From positions 372,001-436,000 of the IMG/VR virus record IMGVR_UViG_3300023179_000009: a stretch of DNA of 64,000 nt, one strand, 5' to 3'. Below, one piece after another: positions 8,732-17,700 of this stretch (its first letter is position 1; each line of letters begins with the position of its first letter). The notes below the pieces were generated by a model. That model was not told the DNA's origin and made no database searches. It worked only from the letters and a program-made list of their open reading frames with translations. The translations under genes and the position numbers were made by a program.

Positions 8732-9244
8732 ATGAATTCCAAAGAAACCATAATAATAGACGAAAATTCATTAAACAAAAACTTGCCATTAGAAGAAGAT
8801 TTTGACATGGATGTTGAAATGATTTTGCCAACCATGAATGTTAGCAAAGAATTGACATCCGGCCCTGAGGATAAGGAGTGCATTGTTAAAGATGAAAATC
8901 TTCTTGGTTTGTATGACGAAATTTTAACAAATTGTAGAGATGATAGAAGCAAAGTAGATGAAATATTATCTACTTTTTTAGAAATGGTTATTAATGATGG
9001 AGATGCAAGTTCGGCAAGCAAAGAAGCTATAGTTAATTTAATGAAAATAAAATCAGACACAGCAGATAAGATGTCGAAAGTTGCCGATCTGATGACACGG
9101 TTAAAATTAAAAGATAAAGATACATTTCCTAGATATCTTGCAGCACAGCAAAATAATAAAGTTGTTATAGAAGGAAGCAAAAGAGATTTGCTAAAATCCA
9201 TAAATAAAATTGCTAATAAAAAAGGTAAAAGTAATGAGTCATAA
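8732..9244 (+). CDS. hypothetical protein at the start of the late/structural operon
   Basis: 170-aa helical ORF; AT-rich ACTATATATA box just upstream. Confidence 0.7.
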   Translation: MNSKETIIIDENSLNKNLPLEEDFDMDVEMILPTMNVSKELTSGPEDKECIVKDENLLGLYDEILTNCRDDRSKVDEILSTFLEMVINDGDASSASKEAIVNLMKIKSDTADKMSKVADLMTRLKLKDKDTFPRYLAAQQNNKVVIEGSKRDLLKSINKIANKKGKSNES

Positions 9245-10532
9245 ATTTAATAAATTAATCTGGTTGGCAGAGCAGAATCCCGGCGATTTTGGCGCAGCAG
9301 CAGATCCAACAGCCGGTGGAGTTCCTATGACTCAACCTGGAACTCCTGGTGATCCCATGGGGCAAAATCTCACCCCTGCAAACGCACCAAACGCTATGAG
9401 TGTTGATCAGCAACCGGGAGAAGAACAAGACCTGTCAAACGATCCTGATTATCCAGATATGCCCGAGGACCAGGAGCAGGATGAGTTTGAGGTGTGGAAA
9501 ATTAAATTTATTAAAGAATCCATCAAAGGGGATGCTAATTCTTTAATACAAAAAATACTCAGCGTTAGAAATCGTGAATTAGAGCCGGTTCAAAGAAAGT
9601 TTGTAGAAGACAATTTAGATATATGTTTTTTAAGACAAAATTCAAACGTATTGCAGGCATCTAACCAAATTAGAAAAAAAATAAAACAAGATTTTGATCG
9701 AACTAATCCGGCGACGACGTTGGTAAGACACATAACCGACACACTAGACGAAAGCCCTTTATTAAACGAAGTCTATGTTAAATTATTGGGGTTGGGCGGT
9801 GCCAAAGGTGACCAACACCGAAAATTTGTTGGATCGCTAACTGGCTCAGTTCAAGTCGGAAGCGGTGGACAAAACGAGGATCTTGTTTTTGAAGAACAAG
9901 ATTATTCAATAAGAGTAAGCACAAGATTTAATGCTCGTTGGGGCGATGTCAATCTTGGGAGATGGTATTTAAGAAAAGACGACCCTGAACGTCATTTGAA
10001 AAATGCCGAAATAGACAGGTTGGAGGGTGGTAGCCCCGAAGAAAAAGATGTTCTAAGAAGAAGAGTGGTGATAGAATCAATCGCTGAGTTTTATAAGGAG
10101 AGGGCTTTTATCATAAATGTTGTTGCCCAAGACGGCACAGTTTATCATCTTGGTTGGGATTTGGGAACTTCTTTAAAGTCTGCTTTTCTTGATGGAAAAC
10201 TCGTAGTTAGGACAAAAAGCAATGATGCTGAAGAATGTTTTATAGATGAAGAAGGATCTGTGATTAATGTTCCTAATATGAATATTTATTATGTAAAGGA
10301 GTCTGCCGAATTAAATTCAGATGGTTCCGCTGAAATAGAGGAGATAGAGTTTATATCTCATCGTGACGGGGTGCTGTACTTAACAGCACAACTGGATTTA
10401 ATAAAAGAAGCCTCCACAACGCTTCAAGGAATTTTATTTAGAGAAACTTTGTGGCAAGGAAACCCTACAGATATTCTTAAAATTATGCGTTGCGTTCCAA
10501 GTTCTCCAGAGATGCTTTTAAGACAATGCTAG
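9234..10532 (+). CDS. hypothetical, probably virion or morphogenesis protein
   Basis: long ORF; ATG at 9234 behind AAGGT; P/G/Q/D-rich N-terminal linker. Confidence 0.7.
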   Translation: MSHKFNKLIWLAEQNPGDFGAAADPTAGGVPMTQPGTPGDPMGQNLTPANAPNAMSVDQQPGEEQDLSNDPDYPDMPEDQEQDEFEVWKIKFIKESIKGDANSLIQKILSVRNRELEPVQRKFVEDNLDICFLRQNSNVLQASNQIRKKIKQDFDRTNPATTLVRHITDTLDESPLLNEVYVKLLGLGGAKGDQHRKFVGSLTGSVQVGSGGQNEDLVFEEQDYSIRVSTRFNARWGDVNLGRWYLRKDDPERHLKNAEIDRLEGGSPEEKDVLRRRVVIESIAEFYKERAFIINVVAQDGTVYHLGWDLGTSLKSAFLDGKLVVRTKSNDAEECFIDEEGSVINVPNMNIYYVKESAELNSDGSAEIEEIEFISHRDGVLYLTAQLDLIKEASTTLQGILFRETLWQGNPTDILKIMRCVPSSPEMLLRQC

Positions 10533-10541
10533 AAGGTAAAC

Positions 10542-10727
10542 ATGACTCACATAGAAATACAAGAAGAAAAAAAATCTTTAAAACTTCATTATGAAGCAAT
10601 TAAAAAATATTTGGGAGAATTATTGTTAGAACACAATGCAAAAGAGGACAATCCTGAGGATTTTGCATATTTTTCGAGAAAATTTGAAGAAACACGTAAT
10701 TTGTTGAGGAAACACGGTGGTAAATAA
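10542..10727 (+). CDS. hypothetical protein
   Basis: 61 aa with an AAGGT RBS; fills the operon gap. Confidence 0.55.
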   Translation: MTHIEIQEEKKSLKLHYEAIKKYLGELLLEHNAKEDNPEDFAYFSRKFEETRNLLRKHGGK

Positions 10728-11217
10728 ATCTTTTGGATCTTTTGTTGATAAGAAAAAAAGAGAGTCAATTCGTCAATTGGAATTGATGAAAAAAATTCTT
10801 GAACAAAATAATTTTAAAGTAAAAGACTTTTTAAATGAACAAGACTCAGATCCTTACATTTTTTGTTATAATCCTTTAAAAAACAGCAGTTTTGAGGGCA
10901 TTAGAGTTTATAAAATAGGCAATGAATTGGCCTTTAGAATTCAAAAAGAATCACAAACCCACCCGTATGGATCGGCATACCCTTTGCCAGTGGAGTCTAT
11001 GTTCAATGACTTTTTGACAGACAGTGATGGTGATGAGAATGAAGTTTCAAAACAATTAATTGAAGCTATTGGCAAGGAAATAAACAATTTTTTTGAAAAG
11101 AGTTCAAAAGCTGAAGAATCTTCTAGAAAACTTTCATATAACAAAGATAGTGTCGGCAGTGTTTTAGTTAGATCGACAGGTACTGATTATGCCTCTTTAA
11201 TATACAATAAAAATTAA
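10717..11217 (+). CDS. hypothetical protein
   Basis: 166-aa ORF within the operon. Confidence 0.7.
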   Translation: MVNKSFGSFVDKKKRESIRQLELMKKILEQNNFKVKDFLNEQDSDPYIFCYNPLKNSSFEGIRVYKIGNELAFRIQKESQTHPYGSAYPLPVESMFNDFLTDSDGDENEVSKQLIEAIGKEINNFFEKSSKAEESSRKLSYNKDSVGSVLVRSTGTDYASLIYNKN

Positions 11218-11218
11218 A

Positions 11219-11719
11219 ATGGTCGGATTATTCAATGATTTTTCTAATATTAAAAATTTAGTTAATAATCAAAATCAATCGGTTGGTGTTTTTTCAAAAG
11301 GATCTTTAGTTTCCTTTGAATATCCTAGAAGTTATGCGGTTATTCCCAACGCTATACACGACCCAAGGCCGATGTTAATAGTGACCGATGTTTGGTCGCC
11401 AAACTATATAAGAGGAGTCAATTTACATTATTTAACCTTCCCTTATATTAAAAAAATATTAGAAACATGGGCTGGAAATCAAACTTTTAGTTACTCAAAT
11501 ATAAAGCAAGATAAATACGTTTCTTTGGCTTTTAGAATGTATGCCTTTCAGGGAATTATTAGACCAAAAAGACTAGATAGTGAGTGGTTAAAAGCAGTAT
11601 TGCAAAGCGTTAGAACATTTGATGCTGGAGAAGTTGAGAAAATCAGATCAAGCATAGAAAACCAAATTCAGCAGAGATTTCAAAAGAAAGCAAGCGAACT
11701 TTCTCAAAATCTTGAATAG
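11219..11719 (+). CDS. T4 gp2-like DNA end protector protein
   Basis: FEY...HDPRPMLIV...GVNLHYL motif typical of the gp2 family. Confidence 0.65.
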   Translation: MVGLFNDFSNIKNLVNNQNQSVGVFSKGSLVSFEYPRSYAVIPNAIHDPRPMLIVTDVWSPNYIRGVNLHYLTFPYIKKILETWAGNQTFSYSNIKQDKYVSLAFRMYAFQGIIRPKRLDSEWLKAVLQSVRTFDAGEVEKIRSSIENQIQQRFQKKASELSQNLE

Positions 11720-11749
11720 TTCATGAAATGAAAAGTGAATGGAGATTAA

Positions 11750-14700
11750 GTGGCGACAGACCTGTATGGTCGGAGTATAGGAGACAACGTATCGGTTAAT
11801 CAAGTTAACCAGCAATTACTTTCACCGACCCAAGAAACAAAAAGACCAGACGCTCAAGAAGTTAATAACGATCCTGATAAAAAGGAATCGGCGTTAGAAA
11901 ATCTGTACGAAGCCATTAATCGTGTTGCTGAAAAAATAGACTCAAATGCATCAAAAGATTTAGAAGAATCAAAAAATTGGTCCAAAAATATAATTGATTT
12001 TCATAAAGATTTTAGAAACACAAGCAGATCCGACGAGTCTGGTCAAAAAACACAAACTGGGTTTTTGGATCTGGCTTCTAAAGCAATTCAAAATTTATGG
12101 GTGGCTTCTCAATCTCAAAATACAATCTGGGTTGGTATAAGCAAATTATCTAACAACGCCGTCCAAGAAATATCAAAATCTTTTAGTATGTCTGATTGTT
12201 GTGAAGCCTTGGGAGAAGCAACAGCCACTGTGCGAGGTTTGGATAATTTAAATTCAGGTGTGTCTGAAGCCTCAAAAACTGTTTTGTCTGAAGCTGGGGG
12301 CGGGGGGAGAGGAACAAATTGGGGAGGGGGTGATGACGACAGCGATGATGGTGGTGACGGTGGCTCAAGAAGAAGAGGCGATTCTTCTGACGCCTCTGAT
12401 TTTGAACTTCCTGATGCTGGGGACATGACTGGTGTGATAGCAAGAATGTCAACCATAACTGGCTTGATAAGTTTGGCGGCTAATAGTTTTGTTGATCTTC
12501 ACAGGAGTGTGATTAAAGCTCTTGATATAGACCCAATTCAAAAAATATTTGACGGCCAAATTCTTGAACATAATAATTTTCGTGAAAGTATTCGTGCTTT
12601 AATTCATGAGCAAGAAGGTTTTGGCGCAAGTAATAGACAGATAGAAAAAACATTTATAAATTTGGAATCATCAATAAACGCTGCCGGTGTTGGATCTGCT
12701 AAATTTAAAACAATGTATCTTAAAAATCTTGAACGTGGGTTAAGCTTGGCCACCGCTGAAGATAACAGGTACGTGGATGCTTTATCTGCACAAAAGAAAG
12801 GATTCACAATAGAACAAAAAGAAAGTGCATTGAGAGAAAGAAAAGTCAATAGATTAAAGAGCATACAAACCACTGCGTTGTCAACGGCTTCGTCGCTTCA
12901 CATGAGTTCAGATGCGATGAATGAACTTTTTATGAATTGGCACATGAATCTTGGTTTATCAGAGCAAAGTTTGGCTGAAATTGGCTCTCATATGAAAAAT
13001 GTTTCCAGATCAACAGGGGTTACTGGAAGTCAGTTGGAGAAAGCGATGATAAGTGCCGATGGTGTGATGAAAAATTTAAAGAAAGCTGGCATGGTGAGTA
13101 CTGATACTGCAAAAAGAGTAACCGAATTTATGGCCGCTGCTCAAAAACATGGGTTTGAAGGTGCGGCTGAATTGATGAATGTTTTAGGTGGAGGAGAAAC
13201 TTTTCATGATTCTAAATATAAACTTTTTTTGGGTAATGCGGCTAGATTTTCAGATAAACCAGAACAAGGTGTCCGAGATCTTGTACTTGGGAACACAATG
13301 AACCGATCTGGGGGTATGGAAAATCTTTTCGGGGGGGCTGAGCGGTTTGTTAGATCCCAGTTGTCTGGATTTGAAACAGCTTTAAATAGCGTTGGATTAA
13401 AATCTTCAACACTAGATGTTACAAATTTAAGTGAAGTTATGAATAAATTGCGAGCCGGTGGCAAACTTGAAGAAGCAGAAGCTTTAAAGAGAAGGTTCAA
13501 AGGTTTGGGAATAGAAATAGGAGAAGTTGAACGTGCTTTAAAAACAATGCAAGAAGAAACTTTGTCCTCATCAAAAAGGATTGACAAATATAGTAAAGAA
13601 TTAGAAAGTATGAAGGCTCAGGGCTTAGAAAAAACAGATGCTTATAAGCAGATTCAGAAAAAATTACTAGAGGCTCAAACAGGCCAGAGTCAGGATGTTT
13701 TTGGCAGAATAAAAAGCGTAATGGACAACAAAGAAGGTAAAACCGGGGGACAATTAGAGAAAGAATTAAAAGATTCACTAATACAAGTTTTGGGCGATGA
13801 AAAAGCAGCAGCAGAGTGGCAATCCAACCTTCCTGCAAAAGCCTCTGAGGCTGTGTCTCAAATGAGAGAAAGAGCAAAAGCTGAGGGTTTAAATTTTGAT
13901 GATATGCTAAAAGAAAAAGGAATCACAGGGGGAGAATCTCAGTTAACAAAAGGTTTACTAGAGGGTGATGCCTTATCTAATCAAGCCATGACTGAAATAA
14001 TGCAACGAATTAGTAAAAAAGAAAAACAAGGCGAGGATCCGATAACGGATATTAAAGGAATTTTAGAAGAAATACACACAACGCTTGCTCAAAAATTAGA
14101 CAATGTGGGCTTTGGATTGTCGGATATGATTGTTAAAATTTTATATGTAGCTGGTTATTTGGGCGGGATACTAATGACTGTGGCGAGTGGGATCTTAGCC
14201 TTAAGAATGCTACAAAATATTCCAGGGCTGCTCTCTGGTATTTCTGGTGTCTTCGGAGGTTTAAACAAGGCTTTAGGCAACCCTCTTGAAAAAATATTTG
14301 GAAAGGGTGGCAAAGGCCCACTTGGTGGATTGCTAGGAGACTGCTTGCCGGTTTGCCCGCCAAGCGGTGGTGGCGGTCAAATGATGCCAAGAAGACCAAC
14401 AGGAGGATCGCCAGTTGTACCGCCATCTCCAACAACGGGACCGATGACCACTGTGAGTCCATCTGGAAGACCAAAAAATACTACGGTTTTACCCGGAGGG
14501 CCTGATTATGGCGGCGGAGGTTGGGCTGGCGCTCAGGGGACACAATATCAATCGCCAACTGTTAGAGATGCGGCCACGGGCCAAGTTACAAGAAGAGACA
14601 TGAGTCGATCAGATCGTCGTGCCAATGCAGAGCGTTATCTAGATGCCAGAAGGGCCGCTGGCCAGTCGGGTCGAGGCTTTGGGCCAAGAGCAGGTAGTGG

Positions 14701-17700
14701 CATTCGAAGAGTTGCTCCGCAAGGAAAGGGCTGGATGGGCCTTGCTGGAAAAATTGCAAACTTCGCTATGGCACACCCAACACTAACTGGAACCGCAATA
14801 GGAGCAACAACAGGAGCAGTGCATGGCTACGCAACGTCTGATGAAAAAGGTTGGGGTGCTGTAGGAGACTCTCTTTTTGAGGGTGCGGTTGGAGGGGGCA
14901 TAGGAGCAGCCGCTGGTTACGGTGCTGGTCGTTTAGGAGGAGCAGGAAAAGGCTTACAGGCTGGTGGCCTACCGGGAATCGCTGACGGAGCAATGGATGT
15001 TGTTGCTTCTGGAGCAAACATGATGGGAATGCCAGGATTTGGATCCGATTGCATGCCTGTTTGGGTTTGTAACTTTGGAGAAATGGGCGGAATGGGAGGA
15101 TTGTTACCGGGAATGGGTGACGGAGGAATGGCACAAACTGCCTTGGACACATTAAATACAGTCGATATGGCTTCCGATGTTGCTGGCATGATGGGTAAAG
15201 GAAAAAATGTTGCTCAAGTTGTTGACAAGGCCGATGATGTTGCCAAGGGTGGAAGTTGGTTAAGTAAAATGTTTGGTGGAGGAAATAAAGCAGCAACCAC
15301 AGTCGCCGGTGGTGCCGATGATGTTGCCAAGGGTGGAAGTTGGTTAAGTAAAATGTTTGGTGGAGGAAATAAAGCAGTAACCGCAGTCGCCGGTGGTGCC
15401 GATGATGTTGCCAAGGGTGGAAGTTGGTTAAGTAAAATGTTTGGTGGAGGAAATAAAGCAGTAACCGCAGTCGCCGGTGGTGCCGATGATGTTGTCAAGG
15501 GTGCGGGGCTATTGTCGAAAATTCCAGGTGCTGGCTTAGCCAAAGGAGTAGGAAGTTTATTGGGAAAAGTCGCTGCTCCCTTGCAACTTTTTACGGGTGC
15601 AATCACAGGTGCCATGGACGCAGAGTCTGCTGGCAGAACAACCGCAGAAGGGGCTGCTTATGGCGCTCTAACAGGTGGCGCTCACAAAGGATCTTTTGCT
15701 AGCGAAGCTTTAGGGATTCAAAAGGGAAGTGTGGCCGACGAGTCTCTGGGAATTGCTGGTGGTGCTGCTTGGGGAGCAACGTTAGGCGCTGGTGTTGGCA
15801 CTATGTTGGCACCCTTCACTGCTGGCATTAGTATTCCTGTTGCTGCGGCTGTGGGTGGTGTGATTGGTGCAGGAGCAGAGTTAGTGAAAGTTTTTACCGC
15901 CGAAGAATCTTCGATGCGAGACGCTGTGACTGGATTTGCTTCCAGCATCGGTTCAACAATCATGGAGTTGCCAGGAACTATTGGTGGTGCATTCCAAACT
16001 GTTGGCTCTTATTTGGGAGAAGGCGCTCACAGCATTTATGCAAGCATCACTGGTTTTGCTTCTAGTTTAGGATCCACTTTTACTTCTGGAATTACAAGTG
16101 TTGCAAATGGAATAGGTGGTTTTGCTTCTAGTTTAGGAAACTCTGTTTCAGAGAGTTTTTCAAGCACTGCTAAAGAGAACTGGGATAGAATGTTACAGGG
16201 TGCTAGTTTTTCTGGCGCTTTGGGACAAGTAACTGGCGGCATCGTCGATGTTGTTAATGGAAACTTAACACAAGGATTAACAAAAGTAGGCTTGTCTGGC
16301 GTGGAGGCTTTTGGAGCATTAGGCCAGACAATTTTAGGTGCCGCATCTTCTTTAAACCCATTTAGTTGGTTTAAAAACAAAGAAAAAACATCAGCCAAAG
16401 AAACAGAATCTTCCCCAGAAAAAAAACTTGCAGAAACAGCAAATAAAGAAACACAAAAAACACAACAAGATGTCATGACCCAATCAGCAGAAAAACTACA
16501 AGAAGCAGCGGTTGGTTTAGACATTGGAAAAACTGAGCAGGATTTCAAGGCAATAAGCGAAGCATCTTCTAAAAAAGATATCGATCTTTCAAATGCTATG
16601 GTTGCTAGTTTTGGCAATGTTGGCGATTCAAAAGAAATTTCAAAAGCTTTATCAACTCAAAACTCAGCGGTTTTTAATTCTATTTTGGCCGAGCAAGAGT
16701 CTTTAATAAAATCTATATCTCAAAAACGTGACGCCAAAAGTTCAGGCGGTGTGACGAGCGACTTAGGTAGCAAGCAGGGCTTTTTTGATTCTAACGCAAA
16801 AGGATTTTTAGCAAATGCTGCTTTAAGATCTAGTGACCCTATAGCCTACAACAGTTTGCAAACAGGCACAACTTTGCAAACGCCCGACGGTGTGAAAGGC
16901 TTGATGTCTGGACAAGAAATACTTGTGAAAGAAATATTTAGTGGATTTGAAAGTTCTTTAAATAATGTTGGAGTTCAATCAGCCACAATAGATGTTGGTA
17001 ATTTAAGTGAAGTTATACAAAAATTACAAAAAGGGGGTCAGGCGGAGCAGCAAGCAGCAACATCTTTACAAAGACAGTTTGAAGCTTTGGGTACTAATGT
17101 TGGAGAGGTGGAAAATAATTTTAAAATTATGAGTCAATCTTCAAAAACACCACAGGATTTATTGGGTGATCTTAGCTTTAAGCTAAACGACATGAACAAA
17201 CAAGGATTGCAAAACACTGATGAGTATAAGTCAATTCAAAAACAAACATTAGATTTGCAATCTGATTTGCAAAATTCTTCTGATGTTGTTCAAAAACAAT
17301 CAACTCCAGTTGAGGCAACGACTTCATTACAAGGAGTTTTTGAAAAGACACAAGCGTCGGAGGCTTTGACCTCCAACATAGACACTGCTATCAAATGGCA
17401 AAAAATTGAGCCAAGCGAACAAACACTAGCAGGAGAATTGTCTGGGGATTCGAAAGATAAAAATAATTTTACCGTTTATGACCAATCTGTTGAGTCGATT
17501 TTGTTTAAAATATTTGATCAATTAAAATCTTTTAATTTAACTAATATTTTTGAAAAAGATTCAAGTTTGGCGATGATGAATCTTGATCATGTATCTGTTG
17601 TTGATTCTCAAAAAAAATCTATAGAAAATAAAAGACAATTTGAGGGTTTAGACACGCCGATTCGCACATTTGAGCAGATGCCTGAATCTCTTAAAGATTT